Source: the human T2T-CHM13v2.0 reference genome, Homo sapiens
Length of the DNA stretch: 64,000 bases
NCBI RefSeq assembly: GCF_009914755.1
Contig: NC_060932.1
Strand: one strand, 5' to 3'
Shown here one piece after another: positions 32,386-50,204 of this stretch. The notes under the pieces are model-generated. The model was given only the letters and a program-made list of their open reading frames with translations, was not told the DNA's origin and made no database searches. Position 1 is the stretch's first letter; each line of letters opens with the position of its first letter. The position numbers were made by a program, and so were the translations under genes.

Positions 32386-32613
32386 TAGGGGTGTCCAAAC
32401 TTTTGACTTCCCTGGGCCACATTGGAAAAAGAAGAATTGTTTTGGGCCATACATAAAATACACTAACACTAATGATAACTCATGAACTAAAAAAAAAAAA
32501 AAAAACACAAAAAAATCCCATAATGTTTAAGAAAGTTTATGAATTTGTGTTAGCCACATTCAAAGCTGTCCTGGGCCACATGTGGCCCACAGGCTATGGG
32601 TTGAACAAACTTG
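32386..32613 (+). mobile_element. MER30 (hAT-Charlie MITE)
   Basis: AGGGGTGTCCAAACTTTTGACTTCCCTGGGCCACATTGG...GGGTTGAACAAACTTG. 8-bp TSD-like ACCTAGAT / TTCTAGAT. Confidence 0.88.
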
Positions 32614-33872
32614 TTCTAGATCTTCAAGAATGCACTTGCCTGATAAAGGCTGATATAATAAACTGAAATGCATGCTTTTTGATCTTCTTATGTTTGTCTT
32701 TTATCATCAGACTGTGTTTTCCTCTTTAAAAGGCAGTGGAGAGAAGTGTTACTTTGAACATTAATTCTTTGTTGAGACTCTAGTGAAAACATGAGAGCTA
32801 GAAAGAAGCACATCCTACAGCATAATATTTCAGAGCTAGAAGAGACATTAGGTATTAAGTCTAAGCCCTCTGGACTTGGGGCTAAGACAAGGTAAGTTTA
32901 CTAATGTCACACAGTTGTTAGAGGCAATGGCCCTGCCCGACATTCTCTCTAACATGACTTAGTATCTCACAATTTTAGTTTGGATTGATTGGGAAACATT
33001 TGCTGAGAAAAATATAATAATCTTACATTTGGCAGCTTCTCTATACCTCTTGCTTAGTTTAATGGTCAGCTTTATTACTCTATGTTTTAAAGAATGGTAC
33101 CGGAAAAAATTAAATAGTGTAAAATCATGTCATATTTCACTGCAAGTTCACAGGTTTTATCTAACTCAACACTTATTTTACAGATGACAAAACTGAGACC
33201 ATAGAGATTAAATTTTGGTTGAGTCATCTTGACAGTATAAATCTGGTATCTTCTTTGTTTTTTCAGAATTCTTCTTTTTGTGCCAGTCGTTATTACTCTA
33301 TTAGTGTTGGAAGCAAATTTCACGTTTCCATTCCTCCTTGCTCCTATTCCCACCACCTGGTGAGCTACCTCCAGGAAGAAGATGGTGCTGTTTTTCTTAC
33401 CAGGGCATCAGAACTCCAACCTTAAGTGCAAGCTGTATTTACCACCACTTTTGAGGCAAGACCAAACATGCTTGATGAGCTCAGGTGGCAAACTTACCAA
33501 AAGCCTACTTATGGGGTTGGGGAAATTTGGGAAGATTAGAAGAATGCACACGTATCTAAGAGGGAAGACTATTTAGAGAACTGCATAAGTTATGTCTAAG
33601 ACTTTTTTTTTTTCCTTAAGAAATTAGGCTCCAAAACTTAGTCTGCAACTTCTGGAGAGAAGGATTTCAGGCAGAAGCTCAAGGAACTCTTCTACACAAC
33701 TCTATGAGCTGGGCGATCCCAAGCCACACACATTCACACCCATCCATCTTGTTTCCTAGGCTCCTACCACAGAGTTTGAAAATGACAAATAATTTGGCAC
33801 TCTCCCCTAAAGTTAGTGATGGCCATGTGAGCCAGGTCTGACCAATATTCCTTCATAAAAAGAGAAACGTCT

Positions 33873-34430
33873 ATTCAGACTTTCTGCCTACTTTTAAATT
33901 CACATTATTTGGAGGTTTTCTTTTTTCTATTAAGTTGCTTGAGTTCCTTATCTATATTCTGGTCATTAATCCCTTGTTGGGTGAATAGTTTTCAAGTATT
34001 TTCTCCCACTCCATAGTTTGTCTCTTCACTTTGTTGACTGTTTGCTGTGTAGAAGCATTTTAATTTGATGTCTTCCCATTTGTCAGTTTTTGCTTTGATT
34101 GCTGGGAAGCGTTGTGGGAAGGGGTGGAAGAATAGTAGTTGGTTAATGGGCACAAATACATTGTTAGGTAGAAGAAATAAGATCTAGAGTTTGATAGCAC
34201 CATAGGGTGACTACAGTTAACAATGATTTATTGTGTACTTGGAAATAGCCAGAAGAGAAGATCTGGAATGTTCTCAACACAAAGAAATGATAAATGTTTG
34301 AGGTGATGGATATTTCAATTACCCAGATTTTATCATTATACATTGTATTCTTGTATCAAAATATCACATGTACCTAATACATGTGTATAACTATTATGCT
34401 TCTATTAAATGAAAACTAAAAAATCAAAAG
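33873..34430. mobile_element. L1MA-type insertion with 5' inversion (minus 33873-34103, plus 34104-34430)
   Basis: A minus-strand ORF2 segment (TTTGCTGTGTAGAAGC...CCCATTTGTC) is fused to a plus-strand L1MA 3' UTR (CACAAAGAAATGATAAATGTTTGAGGTGATGG). Confidence 0.8.
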
Positions 34431-35138
34431 TTGAAAAGGAGGCTAGAGGAAAGTTTGTTGCATTAAGAAAATCAGGAAATATATTGGCCAATGGAAGTGA
34501 AAATATATTATTAGTCAATATAATACTAATATTTTTTTTTAAAGAGAGAAATGTCTTCTAAGAATAGCTAGCCCTGTACTTCTTCCTTGCTTCCTGAGAA
34601 GTGTTAGAATATAATAAAAAAATAAAAAGGTAAAATCATAACTGTCATACAAATATAAAAAGAGCACAAATATCATTAATAAGGAAACAAATACAATGTT
34701 GCAAATGATTCAACGGAAAATTTAAAAAGCACACCTCAGAAATGTTAAAATAAATTTACAAATTGTTGCAAAACCATTATATATAAAAGTTGATAAGTGC
34801 ATTCCACTGGACACAATTCATTTGCATTTCTGTGGACAAAAATCATGTGTAATATTTTCAGTGTTTTATAATTTACAAAATTATAAAGTAGCTGAAAGAC
34901 AATGAAAGCTAAAAGGGTACAGTAGACAGGAAATGCAGTATTCTTTTTTGCTCATTTCAAAGTTTATAATTATCCTTGATAGAGGTTGTTGTGTGATAAT
35001 GTGAAGTGCTGTGCTCCTGCAGTTACTATGTGACCAAAATAGGTGACATTGCCTACTGGCTAAAGAAAAACGAAAGGATGGGATGAGCCAGGCTTCCTGC
35101 TAAGAAATGTATTAAATGTCTGCATTACTTATTATTAG

Positions 35139-35489
<351 letters not shown>

Positions 35490-38400
35490 CAGTACTGTTT
35501 TATTTTTAGTGATACATGTAAACAGAGTGAAGAGAAGATGCTCCACACCTCTTGGGGAATACAGTGTTACTTCAGTGTTTGGAGGCCTGTGGGTGGCACT
35601 TCAACAGATTTTGGATTTGTGAGCTTGAGAAACAGCACTCTTAGGGCTAATATAGCTCAGTCCTGATGCACAACGAATAAGCAGGAATGTGAGGCACTTT
35701 TAAGAGGCTTCAAAGGAGGAGATATCAACAAGGGATCACAGAGCAGAGCAAAATCCACATTGCATGTTTTTAGAATGGACTATTTAAGAACACATGTGAT
35801 CTATTCTGAAGAACTTCCAGGAATCACAATGAAATTTAGAAGAGGACTGGATGTCCTGCTTTGGCAGGCAAAGCCTAGAGCTATCAAAATATAAGACCTA
35901 AGAAAATCCAGGTTGTACAATTATTTTCAATCAAGATTTATTTCTTATATCATTAACAAAAGTTAAGATAATCTCCTGTTGGAATTTTTTTTTCTTTTTT
36001 GATATTTGAAATTTTTTAATAAATATTTTTTATAATATTTATATTTAAAATTCCCATTTTAGAAATGACAAATCGAAGCTCAGAAAATAGGATTGTCAGT
36101 CTCTAAATTCCTTCTAGATATGACATTCTCCATTTATGCAGTTCTACCCAGGTATAAATGCATTATCCTCATATCTGCACCACCCGTGGGAGGACTGAGA
36201 CATCACAAACAGCAAGAGAGAAGACTTGACAGTTTAGCTTAGATTCATCTTGGCAAAGCAAGCCCACATTTGAACACAACTTTAGAATTGAACTGAGACT
36301 TTCTTTTCCCCAAATACTCATTGAAATATCTAATCAGCAAAATAAACGGGTTTTACCAAATGTTCAGAGATTACAAATTGTATTTAGCACTCATCAACAA
36401 ATTAAAACATTTCTGTGGGATCTCTCTCTCAGCACCTTTACCAAAGATATATTCTTGCATTGAGATTTTTCTGATACTGTGCATTCATTATGTGTTTTTC
36501 AACTTAGAAGTTAATTTCAGGGGGTTGATGTTGAGGTCATTATTTATAATATGGTGACTCAAATTCCCATGGAGGCAGCTGTAAGAAATTTGGCTAAAGG
36601 TAGACTAGCACAGGTTAAAACTGTTAAAATCCAATTTTTTCATTTGAAATTAAAAAAGCAATGTCCCATCCATACCTAATCTAGTTGTCAAATATGCACA
36701 TATATGGAGATGTACAGGTAAGACATAATATACAATTCAGTTCAATTCATAAATGTATTCAGAGATTTCTAAAAAAGAAAGATGTTATCCTAATGTCTGT
36801 AGGGACTGCTGAGGCTGAGGTAGACATTCTTTAGGCTCCTAAGAAATATATAATGTGGAGGTTGTATGTGTGTGAGAGAGGTGTAGAAAATATAGTTATA
36901 CAAAATTATGTTATTAGATAGAGATGAATAAATGTCATCAAAGAAACAGGCTCTCTTGAAATGGATAAACCAGAAAATTTATAAACAACTGAGGAAATCC
37001 AAAAGACTTCATGGAGTATTTATTACTGTGATGAAGTCCTAAATCATTTGTAATATTTGAATCATCAGAAATTTTGGAAAAACACAGTACTGTAATTCTT
37101 AATAGTATTAGCTAAGGCATAAATACAAGAATGTGTGGACAAGTTCAGGGGAAGCATTTAGATCAATTTGAACGTCACCTGGAAAATAAGTTGGGACCAT
37201 AATGTTGATTATTATGGTGAGTGACATGAGATATATTCAGACTACACATGGGAACCAATGGAGAGCTTTGGCACCATATGATCTGCACCTGAGAAAGATG
37301 ATTCTGGCTATGGTGTAATTCTGTTAGATGAGATGGAAATACAAGGAGATTAACTGAGAAATGTTTTTACAAATATCATTTCATTGACACTAGAATTTAT
37401 CACCATCAGTGTTTCTCTTGTTCCTACATAGTTTCACATCTTCCTAGATTGCTCATAATAAGGAAAATAAATGAATATTAAGTATTAGGCATTTGCTAAT
37501 AAGAAATTAAAATAAATTTGACTATAGCCATTTCTATGACTTGGTGAATTCTTAAGTAGTCATAAAATATAGTGTTTTATGTTTCTAATCTGATAGAACC
37601 ATTAGCATTCAGAAAACACAGTAGTAAAATTTTTGAAATAGATTTGGTAGCTCATGAACTAGAAGAGATATATTTATAATTAGGATTTTCTAGACACTGA
37701 TCAATAGCCTTGAAATCTTTTCATCATTTGTCACCAAATACTCTTAAAATCATCTTAGATATAATTATGATTTCAAAATGGATCAGAAAAAACATAAAAC
37801 AGTTGTCCCTCCTGTCAAATATTTCAAATTATGGTAAAAAATCTTAAGGAAATACATAATCATGCTCAGAAATAGAAGGGAAAATTTCAAGGCAAAAGAA
37901 GCTGTGAGATAGCCCTGGCCCTGGGTGATTAAATAACGATGGGACTGGACTGAAGAAGAAATGGCAATTCATAAGCATGAGGGTGTCTTTCAGGAGTTTC
38001 ATTTTTAAAAGTTGACAGTAGTGTAATCTAATAAAAAGAAAAATTATTCCAAGTGGATAGAGAGATATATAGAAAGTGGTAGTAAAAATACAGATTAGTA
38101 CATTTTACCAACTTAATAAAGCATTACTTGTTTAGAAAAAGGATTTCTTCTTGCCATCTAAGACAAAAAAAATTATTGTGTGAACATGGGTGGGGAGGTG
38201 GAGACTAAGATAGAAGTATAGCGATATTGATTAAAACAAATTTTATTGGAAAATATTAACTTCAGTACAAGTGCAACGTTAAAATGCTTGCAAGAATAGA
38301 AATCAAGCAATGTTTAAACCAATATAGAAGAATAGAATAAAAGAAATTTAATACATCTAAGCAAAGGCAGAAAAATGGACAAAGATAGAGAAGGCATGGT

Positions 38401-38571
38401 AAATGAAAAGACTAAGAAAAAAAAGAATGAGTCCAAAAATATTAGTAATTATAATAACTGTGACTAGGCTAAATGAATCTACTAAAATTTTCAGAGTAAT
38501 AAAGCAAACCAAATTTTGCCACTTTCTGTTTACAAAAGACACTGTTCAAATAATAAAAAAAAACCATGTAA

Positions 38572-38754
38572 ATACTCATATAGCTCTCACCACATGCCAG
38601 GTACAATTCCAGAAAGTAGACATTATTATTTCTGTTATAGACAAGGTAACTGGAGCACAGAGAGGTTAGTCACCTTGCTCTAACTCACACAGGTAGTAAG
38701 TAGCAGAGCCAGGATTAGAGCCAAGTTAGTTTGGCTTTAGAATCTTGTCTTTAA
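38572..38754 (-). mobile_element. MIR SINE
   Basis: AACTGGAGCACAGAGAGGTTAGTCACCTTGC...GTAAGTAGCAGAGCCAGGATT. Confidence 0.8.
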
Positions 38755-39097
38755 TTTATTTACAACATAAATTGGTAAAAATGGTAAAAAGTAAGCTTAT
38801 GCAGTAATATTATCACAGAAGATAAAATTTAAGGCAAAAACCTCAATAAAGGACAAAGGAAAATATTTTTTCAGTTATAAATGTAATTCACTAGTAACAT
38901 ATAAATCATGAAGCAAGTATGCATATTGCAATATTGCTTTAAAATGTACAAAGACAAACTAATACAACCTCAAAGGGAATAGTCAGTCCCACAATCAATA
39001 TGTAAGAGTTTAATACATTTCTTTTAAAAACTGAGATATCAGATAGAAATAGAAAATAAGGTATTCTGAACTGGATGTGGACTAGGCTATATTGCAT

Positions 39098-39490
39098 ATG
39101 TTAGAGTTCATTACTCTCAAAATATCTGCTGCCTTCCTTACCAGTTCTTTCCTACTAGGCCCATCCTAATAGAACTATAATCCTTCTATCCCATTGACAT
39201 CAAGCTTGGCTATTTGATGTGCTCTTTGGCCAAAGCAACAGAGTGGATGTGGCACATGCTGCTGCTTCTGGGCGCAAGTTTTAAGAGCCATTGTGCATAC
39301 CACCAGCTCTGTTTTTCCCTATGCCGTGGGATCAGCAATGTCTCAGAGGGACTGCTCCTTCCTCCTGGGTCCAAGATGAAAATCCAAGGCCAAATCCATA
39401 GGCTAACCCACATAAGTAAGAGATGAGCCATTGCTGCTAAAGACCACCACAATTTTGGGGCTACTTGTTATAATGGCATACACTGATATT
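39098..39490 (+). mobile_element. MaLR LTR (MLT1I/J-like)
   Basis: CCATTGACATCAAGCTTGGC...TTTAAGAGCCATTGTG...TTTGGGGCTACTTGTTA. Confidence 0.65.
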
Positions 39491-39514
39491 ATCATACCAA
39501 GGTAATTGATGATA

Positions 39515-40070
39515 CATTGCACTAGCAAATAATCCCCAAATTTCAGAGCTTAAAAAATGATTTTTTTTCTCATTCATGCTATGTGTTCCAATGTCTCAGC
39601 AGGGAGCTCTGCTCTGCACAGTTAATACCTGGGGAATCAGGCTGAGAGAGGCTCCACCATTTAGTTGTTGTTGTTGTTGTTATTTTAAGAGATAGTGTCT
39701 CACTTTGTGTCCCAGGCTGGAGGGCAGTGGTGTGATCATAGCTCACTGCTATCATGAACTCCTGGGCTCAAGTGATCCTCCTGCTTTGGTTTCCCAAATT
39801 GCTAGGATTACAGGCATGATCACCACACCTTGCCCTCCACCATCTTTGGATGCTACAGTCTCAAAGTGGGGCCCCAGGGACCACAGAAACAGCGGAAGAC
39901 AGCACAGAGAATTGGGCACTAGCCATTTTGTTACCATGAAGAGGAACACATGTCACTTCCACTCACATTTTATTCTCACAAGCAAGTAACTTGGTTATGG
40001 CTGAGTTTAAGGGGGTAGGGAAATAAAATCTTCTAGTGTGTCAAGGAGTGGAGACTCGGAAATATTGATG
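39515..40070 (-). mobile_element. MaLR LTR (MLT1J-like) containing a FRAM
   Basis: AATCCCCAAATTTCAGAGCTTAAAA...CACATGTCACTTCCACTCACATTT. Confidence 0.6.
39661..39834 (-). mobile_element. Alu monomer (FRAM-like)
   Basis: Single monomer with a (GTT)n tail. TSD CTCCACCAT. Confidence 0.88.
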
Positions 40071-40759
40071 AGAATATCAATACCAATGCATTGCTCACCA
40101 AACTCAACAAGCACAGAATACATATTTTCAAATACACATGAAACATTTGAGAAATTTGAGCACATAGCATGAAGAAAAAGAACCTCAACAAATTCCAAAA
40201 TATTGATATCATATAAACCAAACACCAGACATGTCTGATGAAATATAATTAGAAATCACCCCACAAAAGATATCTTAAAAATATATTTTAAAACACTGTT
40301 TTGTATAGTTAAAAAATTGAAGAGTAAAGTGAAGATGAACATTAAATACTTAGAAAAGTGAACAAAGGATATAATACACATAAAATATGTAGAATAGAAA
40401 CAAAGATGAAAATTAACAAATACCTAGAAAAGTAAACAAGGGATGCAATATACATTAAATTTATAGAATACAAACAATGCAATACTCAGGAAAAACTGTG
40501 CCATATTAAATCAGTTTTTAAATAATGGGAAAATAAATGATAATCTTTTAATTTAAAAAATATATTAAAATAAACTAAAAGAAGAAAATTATAAAGAAAA
40601 ATTGAAAATTAAGCAAATGGACATAAAATAAGAGTATATAAACAGAATCAACTTTTTAAAAGATTAATAAATTCTTGAGAAGTATGCTGAAGGAAAACAA
40701 AAATAAAAGCACATGTAAACAGTAGCAAAAATGGAAATGTGATTTAAGAAGAGGCAGCA

Positions 40760-40877
40760 GGCTGGGCACAGTGACTCATGTCTGTAATCTCAGCACTTTG
40801 GGAGGCCAAGGCAGGAGGATCGCTTAAGGCCAGGATTTTCAGAACAGCCTGGGCAACACAGCAAGGCCCTATCTCTA
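40760..40877 (+). mobile_element. Alu left monomer (FLAM-C / AluJ left arm)
   Basis: GGCTGGGCACAGTGACTCATG...CAGCCTGGGCAACACAGCAAG. Confidence 0.88.
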
Positions 40878-42384
40878 TTTATTTTTATGGTATAATCAAT
40901 CTTTTTATTCTCCTTGGATCATTTCTTTAAGATGAATGTATGTGATACTCAAAGATTTACCACTCGAAACACACCACTCATAATTTATAGATGAATTCTG
41001 TAAAATGACATCAAAAAAGAAGGAATAGATAATTCAATATTTTTACAGTTCTTCTAGAAAATTTAAAAAGATGTATAAAAAGATAAATTGCTACCCAACT
41101 CACTTTACAAGCTAGCATAACCTTGATATGGAAACAAAAATAAAAATTAAAATATAGGACAAAATAGCTTAAAATGTGTTGCAGACAACATAATCATCTG
41201 CCTTGAAACTTCAACAGAATCAATTGAAAAAAAAACTATATTGGAACTAAGACATGGCCTGATGCATAATCAGTACATAAAAGCCATTACCTTTGCATAC
41301 TCCTGAAAGAACACATTCAAAATTGTAGCAAGGAAAAAAAAGATTCTATTTACTGAAGCTACAAAAATGTCAAAATATCTTGAAATTAACTTAACAAAAA
41401 TGTATTAGGCCTTTATTCCTTATGGAGACAATATTAAATTTATTGAAGGAATTAAGAGATCTTAATAAAAGGAAAAAAGTCAGAGTTCAATATTCAATAT
41501 TATGATAGAAGCAGCACTTCAAATTAGTGGGGAGACAAATTATTCAATAAATGTTCCTAGGAAAATGTAAAATCTTATAAAAAGTAAATCCTCACATCAC
41601 ACCTTCAAAACAATAAATTCCACAGGGAATAAAGACACAAACACACACACAAAACAAATCCTTTAAACCCTCTGAAAGAAAATATTAAAAACAAGTCATA
41701 GAAAGCAAGAAACATAAAAAATAAAAAATGGTAATATTTTTATTCCGAGGAAGATTTACTTTTTTATTTTATTTTCTTATTATTATACTTTAAGTTCTAG
41801 GGTACCTGTGCACAACGTGCAGGTTTGCTACACATGTATACATGTCCCATGTTGGTGTGCTGCACCCATTAACTCGTCATTTAACATTAGGTATAACTCC
41901 TAATGCTATCCCTCCCCCCTCCCCCCACCACACAACAGTCCGTGGTGTGTGATGTTCCCCTTCCTGGGTGCATGTGTTCTCATTGTTCAATTCCTACCTA
42001 TGAGTGAGAACATGTGGTGTTTGGTTTTATGTCCTTGCGATAGTTTGCTGAGAATGATGGTTTCCAATTTCATCCATGTCCCTACAAAGGACATGAACTC
42101 ATCATTTTTTATGGCTGCATAGTATTCCATGGTGTATATGTGCCACATTTTCTTTTTTTTTTTTTTGTCTTTTTTTTTTATTATACTTTAAGTTTTAGGG
42201 TACATGTGCACATTGTGCAGGTTAGTTACATGTGTATACATGTGCCATGCTGGTGAGCTGCACCCACTAACTCGTCATCTAGCATTAGGTATATCTCCCG
42301 ATGCTATCCCTCCCCCCTCCCCCCACCCCACAACAGTCCCCAGAGTGTGATATTCCCCTTCCTGTGTCCATGTGATCTCATTGT

Positions 42385-46236
<3,852 letters not shown>

Positions 46237-46272
46237 TTAGTTGATGCAATTTCTTCCTAGCCTTGATGGTCT

Positions 46273-47288
46273 TTATAATTTGGCATGTTTTTGCAGTGGC
46301 TGGTACCGGTTGTTCCTTTCTATGTTTAGCGCTTCCTTCAGGAGCTCTTTTAGGGCAGGCCTGGTGGTGACAAAATCTCTCAGCATTGGCTTGTCTGTAA
46401 AGTATTTTATTTCTCCTTCACTTATGAAGCTGAGTTTGGCTGGATATGAAATTCTGGGTTGAAAATTCTTTTCTTTAAGAATGTTGAATATTGGTTCCTA
46501 CTCTCTTCTGGCTTGTAGAGTTTCTGCTGAGAGATCTGCTGTTAGTCTGATGGGCTTCCCTTTGTGGGTAACCCGACCTTTCTCTCTGGCTGCCCTTAAC
46601 ACTTTTTCCTTCATTTCAACTTTGGTGAATCTGACAATTATGTGTCTTGGAGTTGCTGTTCTCGAGGAGTATCTTTGTGGCGTTCTCTGTATTTCCTGAA
46701 TTTGAATGTTGGCCTGCCTTGCTAGATTGGGGAAGTTCTCCTGGATAATATCCTGCAGGGTGTTTTCTGACTTGGTTCCATTCTCCCCGTCACTTTCAGG
46801 TACACCAATCAGATGTAGATTTGGTCTTTTCACATAGTCCCATATGTCTTGGAGGCTTTGATTGTTTCTTTTTATACTTTTTTCTCTAAACTTCTCTTCA
46901 TGCTTCATTTCATTCATTTCATCTTCCATCACTGATACCCTTTCTTCCAGTTGATCACATCGGCTACTGTGGCTTCTGCATTCGTCACGTAGTTCTCATG
47001 CCTTGATTTTCAGCTCCATCAGGTCCTTTAAGGACTTCTCTGCATTGGTTATTCTAGTTATCCATTCTTCTAATTTTTTTTCAAAGCTTTTAACTTCTTT
47101 GCCATTGGTTTGAATTTCCTCCTGTAGCTCGGAGTAGTTTGATCATCTGAAGCCTTCTTGTCTCAACTCGTCAAAGTCACTCTCCGTCCAGCTTTGTTCT
47201 GTTGCTGGTGAGGCGCTGTGTTCCTTTGGAGGAGGAGAGGTGCTCTGATTTTTAGAGTTTCCAGTTTTCTGCTCTGTATTTTTCCCAT
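46273..47288 (-). pseudogene. L1 ORF1p, disrupted
   Basis: Fragment 46498-46932 (EKFREK...RPNLHLIGVPE) with a premature stop at 46498 and an apparent frameshift near the start. Confidence 0.93.
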
Positions 47289-48321
47289 CTTTGTCGTTTT
47301 ATCTACCTTTGGTCTTTGATGATGGTGACGTACAGATGGGTTATTGGTGTGGATGTCCTTTCTGTTTGTTAGTTTTCCTTCTAACAGACAGGACCCTCAG
47401 CTGCAGGTCTGTTGGAGTTTGCTAGAGGTCCACTCCAGACTCTGTTTGCCCGGGTATCTGCAGTGGTGGTTGCAGAACAGTGGCTATTGGTGAACAGCAG
47501 ATGCTGCTGCCTGATAGTTCCTCTGGAAGTTTTGTCTCAGAGGAGTACCCGGCCATGTGAGGTGTCAGTCCGCCCCTACTGGGGGGTGCCTCCCAGTTAG
47601 GCTACTCGGGGGTCAGGGACCCACTTAAGGAGGCAGTCTGCCCGATCTCAGATCTCAAGCTGCGTGCTGGGAGAACCACTGCTCTCTTCAAAGCTGTCAG
47701 AGAGGGACATTTAAGTCTGCAGAGGTTACTGCTGTCTTTTTATTTGTGCCCTGCCCCCAGAGGTGGAGCCTACAGAGGCAGGCAGGCCTCCTTGAGCTGT
47801 GGTGGGCTCCACCCAGTTGGAGCTTCCCGGCCGCTTTGTTTTCCTAATCAAACAACTAACTTGGCAATGGTGGGCGCCCCTCCCCCAGCCTCGCTGCCGC
47901 CTTGCAGTTTGATCTCGGACTGCTGTGCTTGCAATGAGTGAGACTCCGTGGGTGTAGGACCCTCGGAGCCAGGTGCAGGATATAATCTCCTGGTGTGCCA
48001 TTTTTTAAGCCCGTTGGAAAAGCACAGTATTAGGGTGGGAGTGACCTGATTTTCCAGGTGCTGTCTGTCACCACTTTCTTTGACTAGGAAAGGGAATTCC
48101 CTGACCCCTTGTGCTTCCCGGGTGAGGCGATGCCTCGCCCTCCTTCAGCTCACGCACCATGCACTGCACCCACTGTCCTGCACCTACTGTCTGGCACTCC
48201 CCAGTGAGATGAACCTGGTACCTCACTTGGAAATGCAGAAATCAGCCCTCGTCTGCGTCGCTCACGCTGGGAGCTTTAGATCGGAGCTGTTTCTATTTGG
48301 CCATCTTGGCTCCTCCGCCTG
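47289..48321 (-). promoter_or_regulatory. L1 5' UTR, long form (retains the extra 128-bp segment)
   Basis: YY1 motif near 48298-48308. Extra segment 47419-47546 relative to the first L1. Confidence 0.85.
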
Positions 48322-48440
48322 GAGGAGGATTTACTTTAGGGCTGATGATGTTTAAGATTTAACAACACCCTTCAGGGGCCACTAGGTCCTTAAATGTTGC
48401 CCAGGAGTCAGATATTTATGTGAGATGGTTACAATCAACA

Positions 48441-48633
48441 CTGGGCAAATCCAGTCCACTGTTTTTCTAAATAAAGTTTTATTAGAACACAACACACTTA
48501 TTCATTTTCATATTATCTGTGATGCTTTGGTGCTACAATGACAGAGTTGAATAGCTCTTACAAAGGACTTAGTTTCCCCAAATTTAAAATACTTACTATC
48601 TGGCCCTTTACAGAAAATGTTTGTGAACCCCTC
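48441..48633 (-). mobile_element. MER58A (hAT-Charlie)
   Basis: AAATAAAGTTTTATTAGAACAC...ACTATCTGGCCCTTTACAGAAAATGTTTG. Confidence 0.85.
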
Positions 48634-48679
48634 ATTTACATCCCCTCTCCTTCCACTCAAACTTTCCTTTTGTCATATT

Positions 48680-49420
48680 TGCTTCCCTATCAGGAGGTAC
48701 TGGATTGGGCAGAACACTTTTTGGGGTTTGGCTAAAGTAGTGTTGAGAGGAGGATGTAGTTAGGAGTTAGGTTAGAGTTAATTGGCATTTATTTAGAGGA
48801 TTTGCAATAACTTGTGTGCATGGAAACAAAGCATTATGGAAATTACAGAGCCAGAGCTAGCTTATGGAAAATTATTGCGTGTATCAGAGACATAAAATTT
48901 ACAGAGGATTTGGTTTTCACTAATGCACCAAAGCCTAGTCAAAATAGAAGTTCTCTCCTGTTGGAAATATACTTATTAATGCAGCACATACAATTATAAA
49001 CTCACCGTGCTTTTTTTTCCCTCCTTAGGAATTGGATAAAATGAAATTTATCAGGATTCCTATGCTTATAGAGTCCAAGTTCATAACAGTTCTCTAAACA
49101 GTGAGTTTTTTTGTGACTAAAATCTCTGGTTTTATGAATGTCAACTTTCTGTAATATAATACAAATTTTAACTAATAAAGCTACAGAAAAGACTAAATTA
49201 TCTTTCTATCTTCTTGCTGCAAAATGTTATAAAATATTTGATATATGAAAAAATCAATGATTTTATATTTTTATTTATAATCTATTTTATATTTTTAGTT
49301 TTTTCCTCATTAAAAATTTTACATTTTACCTAAAATTCCTTTTATAGTTATGTATTTTCTCCTAAAGACAGCCCTGGAAATTGCATAACATTTATGCTCT
49401 TACAAATCCTGGTTCTAACC
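48680..49420 (+). mobile_element. hAT-Tip100 remnant (Zaphod-like)
   Basis: GAAAAGACTAAATTATCTTTCTAT and the terminal AAATTGCATAA...ACAAATCCTGG resemble Zaphod as I recall it. Confidence 0.45.
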
Positions 49421-50204
49421 TTCTATGTGGCAAAAAAATTATTCTATAAACTAGGTTAAAAGACAAATGGTAAACTTTGAAAACATATTTGCACATGCAC
49501 AGCAGGTTTAGTATTAAAGTATCCAGACTAACTTATAAAAACAAAACAAACAGATTTTTAAAAAACCCTCCAAATGATTAGATTTAAAAATTATTTCTTA
49601 ACTTTTATCATCATAGGCAGGAAAAAAACAACAACAACAACAACAGGGAAACCTTACCCAAACTGGCTTAAACATAAGAAGTTCAACATACATTGACTTC
49701 CAATATACTTTTATTGGACTCTGGCTATTATTACTTTCATTTCCTGCAATTTCCAACACTCAAGTTTGCTTTCTTCGTGGGTTCAAATGATTGCCAAGAT
49801 TACCTGGCATTACATGAATCCTTATTAACCTCTCATCACATAAATATTCTGAACTTTGCACTGACTGGGACATCCATGAATCAATTATTCCTGTGCATAG
49901 GACACTGACAGGTAGTCGTCGGTTTAAATCTGTGTTACTTGGACTAATTACTGTAGGAAGGAGGATGGGACTACCCTAATTGGCTTATGCTAATCACCTT
50001 GAATAGGTGTTTTACTGGGTATTGTGGAGACCATAAAAACAAATGAGATAATTGACAAAGGATATAGACAGATAATTCACCAGAAAGAAACACAGTCTGT
50101 AAACCTCAACAGAAAGCTTGGAGATAGGCACATAGTGGTTTATAATACTATTCTGTTCAGTTTTGGAAATATTAAAACATTTCCACAATGAAACATTATT
50201 TTAA

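Larger units (their letters stand above)
38300..41740 (+). mobile_element. Ancient L1M ORF2 remnant (EN to RT region) hosting MIR, MLT1, FRAM and FLAM insertions
   Basis: Decayed EN-like (ATAAAATTTAAGGCAAAAA...GGACAAAG) and RT-like (TTGCAGACAACATAATCATCT) blocks in collinear order. Confidence 0.6.
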
